From NCBI RefSeq assembly GCF_001677475.2, contig NZ_CP015229.1: a stretch of 64,000 bases of DNA, one strand, 5' to 3'. The notes beneath the pieces were generated by a model that saw nothing but the letters and a program-made list of their open reading frames with translations, was not told the origin of the DNA and made no database searches. How positions within the stretch are numbered: the stretch's first letter is position 1; each line of letters opens with the position of its first letter. Source of the stretch: Escherichia coli. GTDB taxonomy: Bacteria > Pseudomonadota > Gammaproteobacteria > Enterobacterales > Enterobacteriaceae. Below are positions 44,563-57,959 of this stretch, piece after piece. Both the position numbers and the translations under genes were made by a program.

Positions 44563-46824
44563 ATGATCAAGTTATCTGAAAAAGGCGTGTTTCTCGCCAG
44601 TAATAACGAAATAATTGCCGAAGAACATTTCACCGGCGAAATTAAAAAAGAAGAAGCAAAAAAAGGCACTATTGCCTGGTCTATTCTCTCTTCTCATAAT
44701 ACGTCCGGAAATATGGATAAACTTAAAATTAAGTTTGATTCATTAGCCTCTCACGATATTACCTTTGTTGGTATTGTACAGACCGCTAAAGCGTCCGGTA
44801 TGGAACGTTTCCCGCTGCCGTATGTGCTGACCAACTGCCATAACTCACTCTGCGCCGTCGGCGGCACCATTAACGGTGATGACCATGTTTTTGGTTTATC
44901 GGCGGCTCAGCGTTATGGCGGTATTTTTGTGCCTCCGCATATTGCGGTCATCCATCAATATATGCGTGAGATGATGGCAGGCGGCGGCAAAATGATCCTC
45001 GGGTCAGACAGCCACACCCGTTACGGTGCATTAGGGACAATGGCAGTCGGTGAGGGTGGCGGTGAGTTGGTAAAACAGCTGCTTAATGACACCTGGGATA
45101 TCGACTATCCGGGAGTTGTTGCGGTGCATTTGACCGGAAAACCTGCGCCGTATGTGGGGCCACAGGATGTGGCGCTGGCTATCATCGGTGCCGTGTTCAA
45201 AAACGGCTACGTCAAAAACAAAGTGATGGAATTCGTAGGTCCCGGTGTTGCTGCGCTCTCTACCGATTTCCGTAACAGCGTTGACGTTATGACCACTGAA
45301 ACGACCTGTTTAAGTTCTGTCTGGCAAACCGATGAAGAAGTCCATAACTGGCTGGCGCTGCACGGTCGCGGCCAGGATTACTGCCAGCTTAACCCTCAAC
45401 CGATGGCATACTACGATGGCTGCATCAGCGTTGATTTAAGCGCCATCAAACCAATGATTGCGCTGCCGTTCCACCCGAGCAACGTATATGAAATCGACAC
45501 GCTGAACCAGAACCTGACCGACATTCTGCGTGAGATTGAAATTGAGTCCGAACGCGTGGCGCACGGTAAAGCCAAACTCTCGCTGCTGGATAAAGTGGAA
45601 AATGGTCGCCTGAAAGTGCAGCAGGGGATTATCGCGGGCTGTTCTGGCGGTAACTACGAAAACGTCATCGCGGCGGCGAATGCACTGCGCGGTCAATCCT
45701 GTGGCAACGATACCTTCTCGCTGGCGGTTTACCCGTCATCACAGCCGGTGTTTATGGATTTAGCCAAAAAAGGCGTGGTAGCAGATTTGATTGGCGCAGG
45801 CGCAATCATCAGAACCGCGTTCTGCGGCCCATGCTTTGGCGCGGGCGATACGCCAATCAACAACGGTTTGAGTATTCGCCACACCACGCGTAACTTCCCG
45901 AACCGCGAAGGCTCTAAGCCAGCCAATGGGCAGATGTCAGCAGTGGCGTTGATGGACGCTCGTTCTATCGCTGCGACTGCGGCAAACGGTGGCTATTTAA
46001 CCTCTGCGAGCGAACTTGATTGCTGGGATAACGTGCCGGAGTACGCCTTCGATGTAACGCCGTATAAAAATCGTGTTTATCAGGGCTTTGTGAAAGGGGC
46101 GACCCAGCAACCGTTGATTTACGGACCGAACATTAAAGACTGGCCAGAATTGGGGGCGCTGACTGACAATATCGTCCTCAAAGTGTGCTCGAAGATCCTC
46201 GACGAAGTCACCACCACCGACGAACTGATTCCTTCCGGTGAAACCTCTTCTTATCGTTCAAATCCGATTGGTCTGGCGGAGTTTACCCTGTCACGCCGCG
46301 ATCCAGGTTATGTTGGCAGAAGTAAAGCGACTGCTGAGCTGGAAAATCAGCGTCTGGCGGGGAATGTCAGCGAGCTGACAGAGGTGTTTGCGCGCATTAA
46401 GCAGATTGCTGGTCAGGAGCATATTGATCCGCTGCAAACTGAAATTGGCAGCATGGTCTATGCGGTGAAACCAGGCGATGGTTCTGCGCGTGAGCAGGCG
46501 GCGAGCTGCCAGCGTGTGATTGGCGGTCTGGCGAATATTGCCGAGGAATACGCGACTAAACGCTACCGTTCTAACGTCATCAACTGGGGGATGTTACCGC
46601 TGCAAATGGCGGAAGCACCAACGTTTGAAGTGGGGGATTACATTTACATCCCTGGCATTAAAGCGGCGCTGGATAATCCGGGTACGACGTTTAAAGGTTA
46701 TGTGATCCATGAAGATGCGCCGGTAACAGAGATTATGCTCTATATGGAAAGTCTGACTGCTGAAGAGCGCGAGATTATCAAGGCGGGTAGTTTGATTAAC
46801 TTCAATAAAAACCGTCAGATGTAA
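44563..46824 (+). CDS. ybhJ: Aconitase-family protein YbhJ
   Basis: About 753-aa ORF with aconitase-like Cys/Gly-rich regions; start at MIKLSEKG. Confidence 0.9.
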   Translation: MIKLSEKGVFLASNNEIIAEEHFTGEIKKEEAKKGTIAWSILSSHNTSGNMDKLKIKFDSLASHDITFVGIVQTAKASGMERFPLPYVLTNCHNSLCAVGGTINGDDHVFGLSAAQRYGGIFVPPHIAVIHQYMREMMAGGGKMILGSDSHTRYGALGTMAVGEGGGELVKQLLNDTWDIDYPGVVAVHLTGKPAPYVGPQDVALAIIGAVFKNGYVKNKVMEFVGPGVAALSTDFRNSVDVMTTETTCLSSVWQTDEEVHNWLALHGRGQDYCQLNPQPMAYYDGCISVDLSAIKPMIALPFHPSNVYEIDTLNQNLTDILREIEIESERVAHGKAKLSLLDKVENGRLKVQQGIIAGCSGGNYENVIAAANALRGQSCGNDTFSLAVYPSSQPVFMDLAKKGVVADLIGAGAIIRTAFCGPCFGAGDTPINNGLSIRHTTRNFPNREGSKPANGQMSAVALMDARSIAATAANGGYLTSASELDCWDNVPEYAFDVTPYKNRVYQGFVKGATQQPLIYGPNIKDWPELGALTDNIVLKVCSKILDEVTTTDELIPSGETSSYRSNPIGLAEFTLSRRDPGYVGRSKATAELENQRLAGNVSELTEVFARIKQIAGQEHIDPLQTEIGSMVYAVKPGDGSAREQAASCQRVIGGLANIAEEYATKRYRSNVINWGMLPLQMAEAPTFEVGDYIYIPGIKAALDNPGTTFKGYVIHEDAPVTEIMLYMESLTAEEREIIKAGSLINFNKNRQM

Positions 46825-46828
46825 AAAA

Positions 46829-46895
46829 AGGCGCTATGAAATATAGCGCCCAGTTTCATTAACCCGATGGTTCAGACTATCGGGTTTTCTTTTTT
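46829..46895. terminator. Two adjacent hairpins between convergent ybhJ and ybhC
   Basis: ggcgctatgaaatatagcgcc and aacccgatggttcagactatcgggtt followed by a T-run. Confidence 0.65.
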
Positions 46896-48177
46896 ACTTC
46901 TTCGCCTCTGCAACCACTTTGCTACCCACGCCGCGGTTATTGTACTCCCACATGCGGTTGTAGTTAGTGTCATTTAGATTACGCTGTACTTCGTCGTTAT
47001 CATCAACGTTGCCAGTATTACCCGCAAACGGACGATTGGAAATCACCGCATCGGCCCACGGTTTCGCCGTGTTAAAACCTTCGTTGATGGCGCTATCACG
47101 GATCACCACCTGACCGTTGGTATTGGCATCAACATCCAGCGAGCGACCCAGTTGCGCCACGCCATCACCGGAAGCATTGAAACGGCTGTTTACGGCGAGG
47201 AAACCGTAATAGATGTTAGACAGTGTTGCCGGTGCAAACACATACGCTTCTTGCTGAGTACGTGAGTTCACCACGCGGAACTCGGTATTATCGAACACCA
47301 CTGCGCCGCGACCAGAAACGATATCCACATCCCCTTCAATGTAACTGTTGGTCACCAGAGTACGCGGCTGACGGTTGGTTTCCAGACGGTTTTGCACACC
47401 ACTGTTGGTGACAAAGAAGGTATTCTGACGACCGAGAATGTTGACGTTATTGATCTGCACTTTGTCGCCATCAGTACGCAGTGCCACCGCCGGATGGTTA
47501 CCCGCATCTACGCTATCGCCCAGCGTGTTTTCGATAGTCAGGTTTTGCAGTTGCAGGCCATTGTTTTGTGACCAGAAGACCGCAGAGCAGAGAACGCCGA
47601 TACTGTCGCTGCGTTTGCTCTGGCAGCTATCATACATATACCACGCTGGTTTACCTGGCATATATTTGCCGCGCGGGTTGACGTCGTGACGCCAGTCGGC
47701 AGGGCTCATGCCCCCATCAAGGGAAAGCCCAATCTTCACATCAATCGGTTTTTCACCTGTACCGTACAGAGTAATTCCACCCGGAGTGGCAGGAACATAC
47801 ACCGTTCCCTGATACTCACCAGGCATCACGGCAATATACTGGCGCTTGTTGGTACGCTTGATAATTGCCGCATCTACCGCCGCCTGAATCGTGGTATGCG
47901 TTACACCTTGAGTACCCGCCGGGCCGACAACAAAGTCAGGTTGCGCAGGCAGGGTAATCGGGGAAGGATTCCATGCTGCAGCACCTGGTGTCAGGGACGC
48001 AAAATAGTGTTGAGCATCGAAATTCTGCGCTTCTTTTGCCGACAGAATCGGGCGAGAAGAGGTACCAGGCGCGGTTTGATCAGAAGGACGTTGATCGGGC
48101 GGTGTTGAGCTACAGGCGGTCAGCGTCACGCCAAAAGCCAATGCCAGCGCCAGACGGGAAACTGAAAATGTGTTCAC
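46894..48177 (-). CDS. ybhC: Outer-membrane lipoprotein YbhC (pectinesterase-fold, acyl-CoA thioesterase)
   Basis: 427-aa ORF with lipobox signal peptide ...GVTLTAC. Confidence 0.92.
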   Translation of the reverse strand: MNTFSVSRLALALAFGVTLTACSSTPPDQRPSDQTAPGTSSRPILSAKEAQNFDAQHYFASLTPGAAAWNPSPITLPAQPDFVVGPAGTQGVTHTTIQAAVDAAIIKRTNKRQYIAVMPGEYQGTVYVPATPGGITLYGTGEKPIDVKIGLSLDGGMSPADWRHDVNPRGKYMPGKPAWYMYDSCQSKRSDSIGVLCSAVFWSQNNGLQLQNLTIENTLGDSVDAGNHPAVALRTDGDKVQINNVNILGRQNTFFVTNSGVQNRLETNRQPRTLVTNSYIEGDVDIVSGRGAVVFDNTEFRVVNSRTQQEAYVFAPATLSNIYYGFLAVNSRFNASGDGVAQLGRSLDVDANTNGQVVIRDSAINEGFNTAKPWADAVISNRPFAGNTGNVDDNDEVQRNLNDTNYNRMWEYNNRGVGSKVVAEAKK

Positions 48178-48328
48178 AGGTTGCTCCGGGCTATGAAATA
48201 GAAAAATGAATCCGTTGAAGCCTGCTTTTTTATACTAACTTTAGCGAAACGGGAAGGTAAAAAGACAAAAAGTTGTTTTTAATACCTTTAAGTGATACCA
48301 GATGGCATTGCGCCATCTGGCAGAGTGA

Positions 48329-48805
48329 TTAACTAAACATCGCCGTAATCGAGGCGCTGGCCAGAGAGTGGAAATGAACGTTAAACCCGACCATCGCGCC
48401 GCTGGCACCTTCATCGACATCAATACGTTCTACATCCAGCGCGTGAACGGTAAAAATGTAGCGATGGGTTTCGCCTTTCGGCGGCGCTGCACCATCGTAC
48501 CCGGTTTTACCAAAGTCGGTACGCGTCTGCAAAACGCCGTCTGGCATTGCTACCAGACCAGAGCCAAACCCTTGCGGTAATACGCGGGTATCAGCGGGTA
48601 AATTAACAACTACCCAGTGCCACCAGCCGGAGCCGGTTGGCGCATCCGGGTCGTAGCAGGTGACGACAAAACTTTTCGTTCCCGCAGGAACATCATCCCA
48701 CGCCAGATGCGGTGAAATATTATCGCCATCGTAACCCATGCCGTTAAAGACATGACGATGCGGCAACTTATCGCCATCGCGCAGATCATTACTGATGAGT
48801 TTCAT
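48329..48805 (-). CDS. ybhB: PEBP/RKIP-family protein YbhB
   Basis: 158-aa ORF. Confidence 0.92.
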   Translation of the reverse strand: MKLISNDLRDGDKLPHRHVFNGMGYDGDNISPHLAWDDVPAGTKSFVVTCYDPDAPTGSGWWHWVVVNLPADTRVLPQGFGSGLVAMPDGVLQTRTDFGKTGYDGAAPPKGETHRYIFTVHALDVERIDVDEGASGAMVGFNVHFHSLASASITAMFS

Positions 48806-48863
48806 GAACCCTCCTTTCTAGTTTGCAGAAAGTGTAGCCAGAAACCCACACGCTGACTTCCCG

Positions 48864-50153
48864 TTATTGGCAAAAAAATGTTTCATCCTGCACCGCACGG
48901 TTAACCGCTGCGGTCAGACGCTGCAACTGTTGCGGGAGAATAATATAGGGCGGCATCAGGTAAATCAGTTTGCCAAAAGGCCGGATCCATACCCCCTGTT
49001 CGACAAAGAATTTTTGCAGCGCCGCCATATTCACCGGACGAGTGGTTTCGACCACGCCAATGGCCCCTAGCACGCGCACATCGGCAACCATTTCGGCATC
49101 ACGGACGGGGGCAAGTTGCTCGCGCAGCTGTACTTCAATATCCGCCACCTGTTGCTGCCAGTCGCCAGATTCGAGAATCGCCAGGCTGGCGTTTGCTGCC
49201 GCGCAGGCCAGCGGATTGCCCATAAAAGTTGGCCCGTGCATAAAGCAGCCGGCTTCGCCGTTACTGATGGTTTCTGCAACCTCGCGCGTGGTGAGTGTGG
49301 CGGAAAGGGTCATTGTGCCGCCGGTTAAGGCTTTACCGAGGCACAAAATGTCCGGCGCGATTTCTGCATATTCACAGGCAAACAGTTTGCCGGTACGACC
49401 AAATCCGGTGGCGATCTCGTCGGCAATCAGCAAGATACCTTCGCGATCGCACATTTTGCGGATTCGTTTTAACCATTCCGGATGGTACATGCGCATCCCG
49501 CCTGCGCCCTGGACAATCGGCTCAATGATCACCGCCGCGATTTCATGACGATGCGCCGCCATCAGGCGGGCAAAACCAACCATATCGCGTTCATCCCATT
49601 CACCATCCATGCGGCTTTGCGGGGCTGGAGCAAACAAGTTTTCTGGCAGATAGCCTTTCCACAGGCTGTGCATTGAGTTGTCCGGATCGCACACCGACAT
49701 CGCGCCAAAGGTATCGCCATGATAACCATTGCGGAAGGTCAGAAAACGCTGGCGCGCTTCGCCTTTGGCTTGCCAGTACTGCAACGCCATTTTCATCGCC
49801 ACTTCCACCGCTACGGAACCGGAGTCCGCGAGAAAAACGCACTCCAGCGGTTGCGGCGTCATCGCCACCAGTTTGCGGCACAGCTCAATGGCTGGCGCAT
49901 GAGTGATACCGCCAAACATCACATGCGACATGGCATCAATTTGCGACTTCATCGCCGTATTAAGCTGCGGGTGATTGTAGCCGTGGATCGCCGCCCACCA
50001 GGACGACATACCGTCAACCAGGCGTCTGCCGTCAGACAAAATTAGCTCGCAACCTTCGGCGCTCGCCACCGGATAAACCGGCAGAGGGGAGGTCATGGAT
50101 GTGTAGGGGTGCCAGATATGGCGTTGGTCAAAGGCAAGATCGTCCGTTGTCAT
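48864..50153 (-). CDS. bioA: Adenosylmethionine-8-amino-7-oxononanoate aminotransferase
   Basis: [20 protein letters not shown]...; internal start (429 aa) chosen over 466-aa ORF-track extension. Confidence 0.96.
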   Translation of the reverse strand: MTTDDLAFDQRHIWHPYTSMTSPLPVYPVASAEGCELILSDGRRLVDGMSSWWAAIHGYNHPQLNTAMKSQIDAMSHVMFGGITHAPAIELCRKLVAMTPQPLECVFLADSGSVAVEVAMKMALQYWQAKGEARQRFLTFRNGYHGDTFGAMSVCDPDNSMHSLWKGYLPENLFAPAPQSRMDGEWDERDMVGFARLMAAHRHEIAAVIIEPIVQGAGGMRMYHPEWLKRIRKMCDREGILLIADEIATGFGRTGKLFACEYAEIAPDILCLGKALTGGTMTLSATLTTREVAETISNGEAGCFMHGPTFMGNPLACAAANASLAILESGDWQQQVADIEVQLREQLAPVRDAEMVADVRVLGAIGVVETTRPVNMAALQKFFVEQGVWIRPFGKLIYLMPPYIILPQQLQRLTAAVNRAVQDETFFCQ

Positions 50154-50160
50154 AATCGAC

Positions 50161-50195
50161 TTGTAAACCAAATTGAAAAGATTTAGGTTTACAAG
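50161..50195. promoter_or_regulatory. bio operator (BirA binding palindrome) in the divergent bioA/bioBFCD promoter
   Basis: ttgtaaaccaaattgaaaagatttaggtttacaag imperfect palindrome between bioA and bioB starts. Confidence 0.8.
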
Positions 50196-50239
50196 TCTAC
50201 ACCGAATTAACAACAAAAAACACGTTTTGGAGAAGCCCC

Positions 50240-51280
50240 ATGGCTCACCGCCCACGCTGGACATTGTCGCAAGTCACAGAATTATTTGAAAAACCGTTGC
50301 TGGATCTGCTGTTTGAAGCGCAGCAGGTGCATCGTCAGCATTTCGATCCTCGTCAGGTACAGGTCAGCACTTTGCTGTCGATTAAAACCGGAGCTTGTCC
50401 GGAAGATTGCAAATACTGCCCGCAAAGCTCGCGCTACAAAACCGGGCTGGAAGCCGAGCGGTTGATGGAAGTTGAACAGGTGCTGGAGTCGGCGCGCAAA
50501 GCGAAAGCGGCAGGATCGACGCGCTTCTGTATGGGCGCGGCGTGGAAGAATCCCCACGAACGCGATATGCCGTACCTGGAACAAATGGTGCAGGGGGTAA
50601 AAGCGATGGGGCTGGAGGCGTGTATGACGCTGGGCACGTTGAGTGAATCTCAGGCGCAGCGCCTCGCGAACGCCGGGCTGGATTACTACAACCACAACCT
50701 GGACACCTCGCCGGAGTTTTACGGCAATATCATCACCACCCGCACTTATCAGGAACGCCTCGATACGCTGGAAAAAGTGCGCGATGCCGGGATCAAAGTC
50801 TGTTCTGGCGGCATTGTGGGCTTAGGCGAAACGGTAAAAGATCGCGCCGGATTATTGCTGCAACTGGCAAACATGCCGACGCCGCCGGAAAGCGTGCCAA
50901 TCAACATGCTGGTGAAGGTGAAAGGCACGCCGCTTGCTGATAACGATGATGTCGATGCCTTTGATTTTATTCGCACCATTGCGGTCGCGCGGATCATGAT
51001 GCCGACCTCTTACGTACGCCTTTCTGCCGGACGCGAGCAGATGAACGAACAGACTCAGGCGATGTGCTTTATGGCAGGCGCAAACTCGATTTTCTACGGT
51101 TGCAAACTGCTGACCACGCCGAATCCGGAAGAAGATAAAGACCTGCAACTGTTCCGCAAACTGGGGCTAAATCCGCAGCAAACTGCCGTGCTGGCAGGCG
51201 ATAACGAACAACAGCAACGTCTTGAACAGGCACTGATGACCCCGGATACTGACGAATATTACAACGCGGCAGCACTATGA
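50240..51280 (+). CDS. bioB: Biotin synthase
   Basis: 346-aa radical-SAM ORF with CPEDCKYC motif. Confidence 0.97.
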   Translation: MAHRPRWTLSQVTELFEKPLLDLLFEAQQVHRQHFDPRQVQVSTLLSIKTGACPEDCKYCPQSSRYKTGLEAERLMEVEQVLESARKAKAAGSTRFCMGAAWKNPHERDMPYLEQMVQGVKAMGLEACMTLGTLSESQAQRLANAGLDYYNHNLDTSPEFYGNIITTRTYQERLDTLEKVRDAGIKVCSGGIVGLGETVKDRAGLLLQLANMPTPPESVPINMLVKVKGTPLADNDDVDAFDFIRTIAVARIMMPTSYVRLSAGREQMNEQTQAMCFMAGANSIFYGCKLLTTPNPEEDKDLQLFRKLGLNPQQTAVLAGDNEQQQRLEQALMTPDTDEYYNAAAL

Positions 51281-52431
51281 GCTGGCAGGAGAAAATCAAC
51301 GCGGCGCTCGATGCGCGGCGTGCTGCCGATGCCCTGCGTCGCCGTTATCCGGTGGCACAAGGCGCCGGACGCTGGCTGGTGGCGGACGAACGGCAGTATC
51401 TGAACTTTTCCAGTAACGATTACTTAGGTTTAAGCCATCATCCGCAAATTATCCGTGCCTGGCAGCAGGGGGCGGAGCAATTTGGCGTCGGTAGTGGCGG
51501 TTCCGGTCACGTCAGCGGTTATAGCGTGGCGCATCAGGCGCTGGAAGAAGAACTGGCCGAGTGGCTGGGTTATTCGCGGGCGCTGCTGTTTATCTCCGGT
51601 TTTGCCGCGAATCAGGCGGTCATTGCCGCGATGATGGCGAAAGATGACCGCATCGTTGCCGACCGGCTTAGCCACGCCTCCTTGCTGGAAGCGGCCAGTT
51701 TAAGTCCGGCGCAGCTTCGCCGTTTTGCTCATAACGATGTCGCTCATCTGGCGCGCCTGCTTGCTTCCTCCAGTCCAGGGTTGCGACTGGTGGTGACAGA
51801 AGGCGTATTCAGTATGGACGGCGATAGTGCGCCGCTGACGGAAATCCACCGTGAGACGCAGCAGCACAATGGCTGGTTGATGGTCGATGATGCCCACGGT
51901 ACGGGCGTTATCGGTGAACAGGGGCGCGGTAGCTGCTGGCAACAGCAGGTGAAGCCGGAATTGCTGGTGGTTACTTTTGGCAAAGGATTTGGTGTCAGCG
52001 GTGCGGCGGTGCTTTGCTCTGAAACTGTGGCGGATTATCTGCTGCAATTTGCCCGCCATCTTATCTACAGCACCAGTATGCCGCCCGCTCAGGCGCAGGC
52101 ATTACGTGCGTCGCTGGCGGTCATTCGCAGTGAAGAAGGTGACGCGCGACGCGCAAAACTGGCAGCACTCATTACGCGTTTTCGTGCCGGAGTACAGGAT
52201 TTGCCGTTTACGCTTGCGGATTCATGCAGCGCCATCCAGCCATTGATCGTCGGTGATAACAGCCGTGCGTTACAACTGGCAGAAAAACTGCGCCAGCAAG
52301 GCTGCTGGGTCACGGCGATTCGCCCGCCAACCGTACCCGCCGGCACTGCGCGACTGCGCCTGACTTTAACCACAGCTCATGAAACGCAGGATATCGACCG
52401 TCTGGTGGAGGTGCTGCATGGCAACAGTTAA
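51277..52431 (+). CDS. bioF: 8-amino-7-oxononanoate synthase
   Basis: 384-aa PLP-enzyme ORF overlapping bioB stop. Confidence 0.97.
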   Translation: MSWQEKINAALDARRAADALRRRYPVAQGAGRWLVADERQYLNFSSNDYLGLSHHPQIIRAWQQGAEQFGVGSGGSGHVSGYSVAHQALEEELAEWLGYSRALLFISGFAANQAVIAAMMAKDDRIVADRLSHASLLEAASLSPAQLRRFAHNDVAHLARLLASSSPGLRLVVTEGVFSMDGDSAPLTEIHRETQQHNGWLMVDDAHGTGVIGEQGRGSCWQQQVKPELLVVTFGKGFGVSGAAVLCSETVADYLLQFARHLIYSTSMPPAQAQALRASLAVIRSEEGDARRAKLAALITRFRAGVQDLPFTLADSCSAIQPLIVGDNSRALQLAEKLRQQGCWVTAIRPPTVPAGTARLRLTLTTAHETQDIDRLVEVLHGNS

Positions 52432-53173
52432 TAAACAAGCCATTGCAGCGGCATTTGGTCGGGCAGCCTCACAGTATGAGCAACACGCAGAGTTACAGCG
52501 TCAGAGCGCCGATGCCTTGCTGGCAATGCTCCCGCAACGCAAATACGCCCGAGTGCTGGATGCTGGCTGTGGACCTGGCTGGATGAGCCGCCACTGGCGC
52601 GAGCGCAGCGAGCAGGTGATGGCGTTAGATCTCTCGCCGCCAATGCTTGCCCAGGCACGCCAGAAGGATGCCGCAGATCATTATCTGGCGGGGGATATCG
52701 AATCCCTGCCGTTAGCGACTGCGACGTTCGATCTTGCATGGAGCAATCTCGCGGTGCAGTGGTGCGGTAATTTATCCACGGCATTAGGTGAGCTTTGCCG
52801 CGTAGTACGCCCCGGCGGCGTAGTGGCGTTTACCACGCTGGCGCAGGGTTCGTTACCCGAACTGCATCAGGCGTGGCAAGCAGTAGACGAACGCCCCCAT
52901 GTCAATCGCTTTTTACCGTCAGCAGATATTGAACAGGCGCTAAAAGGTTTTCGTTATCAACATAATATGCAGCCTGTCACGCTGTGGTTTGATGATGCGC
53001 TCAGTGCCATGCGTTCGCTGAAAGGCATTGGCGCAACGCATCTTCACGCAGGGCGCGATCAGCGAGTATTAACCCGTTCACAGTTACAACAACTGCAACT
53101 GGCCTGGCCGCAACAACAGGGGCGATATCCTCTGACGTATCATCTTTTTTTGGGAGTGATTGCTCGTGAGTAA
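52418..53173 (+). CDS. bioC: Malonyl-ACP O-methyltransferase
   Basis: SAM-MTase motif VLDAGCGPG; start at [13 protein letters not shown] (251 aa). Confidence 0.95.
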   Translation: MATVNKQAIAAAFGRAASQYEQHAELQRQSADALLAMLPQRKYARVLDAGCGPGWMSRHWRERSEQVMALDLSPPMLAQARQKDAADHYLAGDIESLPLATATFDLAWSNLAVQWCGNLSTALGELCRVVRPGGVVAFTTLAQGSLPELHQAWQAVDERPHVNRFLPSADIEQALKGFRYQHNMQPVTLWFDDALSAMRSLKGIGATHLHAGRDQRVLTRSQLQQLQLAWPQQQGRYPLTYHLFLGVIARE

Positions 53174-53843
53174 ACGTTATTTTGTCACCGGAACGGATAC
53201 CGAAGTGGGGAAAACCGTCGCCAGTTGTGCACTTTTACAAGCCGCGAAGGCAGTAGGTTATCGGACGGCAGGTTATAAACCGGTCGCCTCTGGCAGCGAA
53301 AAGACCCCGGAAGGCTTACGTAATAGTGACGCGCTGGCGTTACAGCACAACAGCAGCCTGCAGCTAGATTACGCAACGGTAAATCCTTACACCTTCGCAG
53401 AACCCACCTCGCCGCACATCATCAGCGCGCAAGAGGGCAGGCCGATAGAATCATTGGTAATGAGCGCCGGATTACGCGCGCTTGAACAACAGGCTGACTG
53501 GGTGTTAGTGGAAGGTGCTGGCGGCTGGTTTACGCCGCTTTCTGACACTTTCACTTTCGCGGATTGGGTAACACAGGAACAACTGCCGGTAATACTGGTG
53601 GTTGGCGTGAAACTCGGCTGTATTAATCACGCGATGTTGACTGCGCAGGCAATACAACACGCCGGACTGACTCTGGCGGGTTGGGTGGCGAACGATGTCA
53701 CGCCTCCTGGAAAACGTCACGCTGAATATATGACCACGCTCACCCGCATGATTCCCGCGCCGCTGCTGGGAGAGATCCCCTGGCTTGCAGAAAATCCAGA
53801 AAATGCGGCAACCGGAAAGTACATAAACCTTGCCTTGTTGTAG
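53166..53843 (+). CDS. bioD: Dethiobiotin synthetase
   Basis: GTG start giving (M)[17 protein letters not shown]-loop; 225 aa; overlaps bioC 3' end. Confidence 0.95.
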   Translation: MSKRYFVTGTDTEVGKTVASCALLQAAKAVGYRTAGYKPVASGSEKTPEGLRNSDALALQHNSSLQLDYATVNPYTFAEPTSPHIISAQEGRPIESLVMSAGLRALEQQADWVLVEGAGGWFTPLSDTFTFADWVTQEQLPVILVVGVKLGCINHAMLTAQAIQHAGLTLAGWVANDVTPPGKRHAEYMTTLTRMIPAPLLGEIPWLAENPENAATGKYINLALL

Positions 53844-54002
53844 CCATCCTGTATTTGGTTAAATTGCGAGCGAGATCGCGTCTTCGATTGACTGCAATTT
53901 AACCAATTAAATTCTAAAATAATCACGAAAAAAATTTTACTTCCGCCTCATGCGGCGAATGTGGGAATTGCCCAGGCGGCGGGGGATAGGGGCTGGAGAC
54001 AG

Positions 54003-54026
54003 TTATCCACTATTCCTGTGGATAAC
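54003..54026. promoter_or_regulatory. Inverted pair of DnaA-box-like 9-mers (ttatccact ... gtggataac) upstream of uvrB
   Basis: Read directly; a DnaA site in the uvrB control region is established knowledge, assignment to this exact pair is inferred. Confidence 0.45.
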
Positions 54027-54329
54027 CATGTGTATTAGAGTTAGAAAACACGAGGCAAGCGAGAGAATACGCGGCTTGCACGCGAATTGGCGTTAAAGAC
54101 GGCTCAAAGAAATATCTTTTATTTTTTAACTGGTTAGATAAATGCAATGGCAGTCACTGAACAGGCATCTCTTGCCATAAAACTGTCATCACTCATCTTG
54201 ACAAATGTTAAAAAAGCCGTTGCTTTGGGGATAACCCGGTAAGGCCGGAGTTTTATCTCGCCACAGAGTAAATTTTGCTCATGATTGACAGCGGAGTTTA
54301 CGCTGTAACAGAAATATTATGGTGATGAA

Positions 54330-54345
54330 CTGTTTTTTTATCCAG
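54330..54345 (+). promoter_or_regulatory. LexA (SOS) box of uvrB
   Basis: ctgtttttttatccag fits CTGT-N8-ACAG-type SOS box; uvrB is LexA-regulated. Confidence 0.8.
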
Positions 54346-54421
54346 TATAATTTGTTGGCATAATTAAGTACGACGAGTAAAATTACATACCTGCCCGCCC
54401 AACTCCTTCAGGTAGCGACTC

Positions 54422-56443
54422 ATGAGTAAACCGTTCAAACTGAATTCCGCTTTTAAACCTTCTGGCGATCAGCCAGAGGCGATTCGACGTCTCGAAGAGG
54501 GGCTGGAAGATGGCCTGGCGCACCAGACGTTACTTGGCGTGACTGGCTCCGGGAAAACCTTCACCATTGCCAATGTCATTGCTGACCTTCAGCGCCCAAC
54601 CATGGTACTTGCGCCCAACAAAACGCTGGCGGCCCAGCTGTATGGCGAAATGAAAGAGTTCTTCCCGGAAAACGCGGTGGAGTATTTCGTCTCCTACTAC
54701 GACTACTATCAGCCGGAAGCCTATGTACCGAGTTCCGACACCTTCATTGAGAAAGATGCCTCGGTTAACGAACATATTGAGCAGATGCGTTTATCCGCCA
54801 CCAAAGCGATGCTGGAGCGACGTGATGTGGTTGTAGTGGCGTCTGTTTCCGCGATTTATGGTCTGGGCGATCCTGATTTATATCTCAAGATGATGCTCCA
54901 TCTCACGGTCGGTATGATTATCGATCAGCGCGCGATTCTGCGCCGACTGGCGGAGCTGCAATACGCTCGTAATGATCAAGCATTCCAGCGTGGTACTTTC
55001 CGCGTTCGTGGCGAGGTGATAGATATCTTCCCGGCAGAATCGGATGACATTGCACTTCGCGTGGAACTGTTTGACGAGGAAGTGGAACGATTGTCGTTAT
55101 TTGACCCGCTGACCGGGCAGATTGTTTCCACTATTCCACGTTTTACCATCTACCCGAAAACGCACTACGTCACACCGCGCGAGCGCATCGTACAGGCGAT
55201 GGAGGAGATCAAAGAAGAACTGGCCGCCAGACGCAAAGTGCTGTTGGAAAACAACAAACTGCTGGAAGAGCAGCGGCTGACCCAGCGTACCCAGTTTGAT
55301 CTGGAGATGATGAACGAGCTGGGCTACTGTTCGGGGATTGAAAACTACTCGCGCTTCCTCTCCGGTCGTGGACCGGGTGAGCCACCGCCGACGCTGTTTG
55401 ATTACCTGCCTGCCGATGGGCTGCTGGTCGTCGATGAATCTCACGTCACCATTCCACAAATTGGCGGCATGTATCGCGGTGACCGGGCGCGTAAAGAGAC
55501 ACTGGTGGAGTACGGCTTCCGCCTGCCATCAGCGCTGGATAACCGTCCGCTTAAGTTTGAAGAGTTCGAAGCATTAGCGCCGCAAACCATCTATGTTTCG
55601 GCGACGCCGGGTAATTACGAGCTGGAAAAATCCGGCGGCGATGTGGTGGATCAGGTGGTGCGTCCAACCGGATTGCTTGACCCGATTATCGAAGTGCGGC
55701 CGGTGGCGACACAGGTTGATGATCTTCTTTCGGAGATTCGTCAGCGAGCGGCAATTAACGAACGCGTACTGGTCACCACACTGACCAAGCGGATGGCGGA
55801 AGATCTTACCGAATATCTCGAAGAACATGGCGAGCGCGTGCGTTATCTTCACTCAGATATCGACACCGTCGAACGTATGGAGATTATCCGCGACTTGCGT
55901 CTGGGTGAGTTCGACGTGCTGGTAGGGATCAACTTACTGCGCGAAGGTCTGGATATGCCGGAAGTGTCGCTGGTGGCGATCCTCGACGCTGACAAAGAAG
56001 GCTTCCTGCGTTCCGAACGTTCGTTGATCCAGACTATTGGTCGTGCGGCACGTAACGTTAACGGTAAAGCGATTCTCTACGGCGATAAGATCACCCCATC
56101 AATGGCGAAAGCGATTGGCGAAACCGAACGTCGCCGCGAGAAACAGCAGAAGTACAACGAGGAACACGGCATTACGCCGCAAGGCTTGAACAAGAAAGTG
56201 GTCGATATCCTGGCGCTGGGGCAGAACATCGCCAAAACCAAAGCGAAGGGCAGAGGAAAATCGCGCCCGATTGTTGAGCCGGATAATGTGCCGATGGATA
56301 TGTCGCCTAAAGCGCTGCAGCAGAAAATCTATGAACTGGAAGGGTTGATGATGAAACACGCGCAAAACCTGGAGTTCGAAGAGGCGGCGCAAATTCGTGA
56401 CCAGTTGCATCAGTTGCGTGAGCTGTTTATTGCGGCTTCGTGA
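54422..56443 (+). CDS. uvrB: Excinuclease ABC subunit B
   Basis: 673-aa helicase-like ORF with Walker A GVTGSGKT. Confidence 0.98.
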   Translation: MSKPFKLNSAFKPSGDQPEAIRRLEEGLEDGLAHQTLLGVTGSGKTFTIANVIADLQRPTMVLAPNKTLAAQLYGEMKEFFPENAVEYFVSYYDYYQPEAYVPSSDTFIEKDASVNEHIEQMRLSATKAMLERRDVVVVASVSAIYGLGDPDLYLKMMLHLTVGMIIDQRAILRRLAELQYARNDQAFQRGTFRVRGEVIDIFPAESDDIALRVELFDEEVERLSLFDPLTGQIVSTIPRFTIYPKTHYVTPRERIVQAMEEIKEELAARRKVLLENNKLLEEQRLTQRTQFDLEMMNELGYCSGIENYSRFLSGRGPGEPPPTLFDYLPADGLLVVDESHVTIPQIGGMYRGDRARKETLVEYGFRLPSALDNRPLKFEEFEALAPQTIYVSATPGNYELEKSGGDVVDQVVRPTGLLDPIIEVRPVATQVDDLLSEIRQRAAINERVLVTTLTKRMAEDLTEYLEEHGERVRYLHSDIDTVERMEIIRDLRLGEFDVLVGINLLREGLDMPEVSLVAILDADKEGFLRSERSLIQTIGRAARNVNGKAILYGDKITPSMAKAIGETERRREKQQKYNEEHGITPQGLNKKVVDILALGQNIAKTKAKGRGKSRPIVEPDNVPMDMSPKALQQKIYELEGLMMKHAQNLEFEEAAQIRDQLHQLRELFIAAS

Positions 56444-56500
56444 CGAGATGAAAAAGCCGGAATATTTTTCTGGTTTGAGGCTGATGAGAAACGCGAAATT

Positions 56501-56598
56501 GCCTGATGCGCTACGCTTATCAGGCCTACATGCACTCTGCAATATATTGAATTTGCGCGATTTGTAGGCCGGATAAGGCGTTCACGCCACATCCGGCA
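56501..56598. repeat. REP/BIME palindromic elements downstream of uvrB
   Basis: gcctgatgcgctacgcttatcaggcctaca and tgtaggccggataaggcgttcacgccacatccggca are typical REP sequences. Confidence 0.85.
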
Positions 56599-56654
56599 TG
56601 AACAACGCGCACTTTGTCTGCAATCTGACGCCGGAATGTTCTTCCGGTTTTCCA

Positions 56655-57623
<969 letters not shown>

Positions 57624-57824
57624 TTAACCTGCCAATATTGAGGATACAAACTATTTTCTTCTACCTCTAAAGGACGATGTACGCTATGACTCCCTGATGA
57701 TGTATATCAAAGTAAAACCGCCATTTTCCCTTATTCTGTAGCGAAATAGCACGATCATGACGCTATATACATGATTACATAGCGAAAGTGTAGATGGTAA
57801 AAATCACATTTACACGCTAGTATC

Positions 57825-57959
57825 GGCTTAACCACTAAACACTCTAGCCTCTGCACCTGGGTCAACTGATACGGTGCTTTGGCCGTGACAATGCTCGTAA
57901 AGATTGCCACCAGGGCGAAGGAAGAAATGACTTCGCCTCCCGTATCTGGAAAGGTGTAC
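57825..57959 (+). promoter_or_regulatory. Molybdenum-cofactor (Moco) riboswitch-like leader of the moa operon
   Basis: Long structured leader (...gcctctgcacctgggtcaactgatacggtgctttggccgtgacaatgctcgtaaagattgccaccagggcgaaggaag...) directly before moaA; boundaries approximate. Confidence 0.55.
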
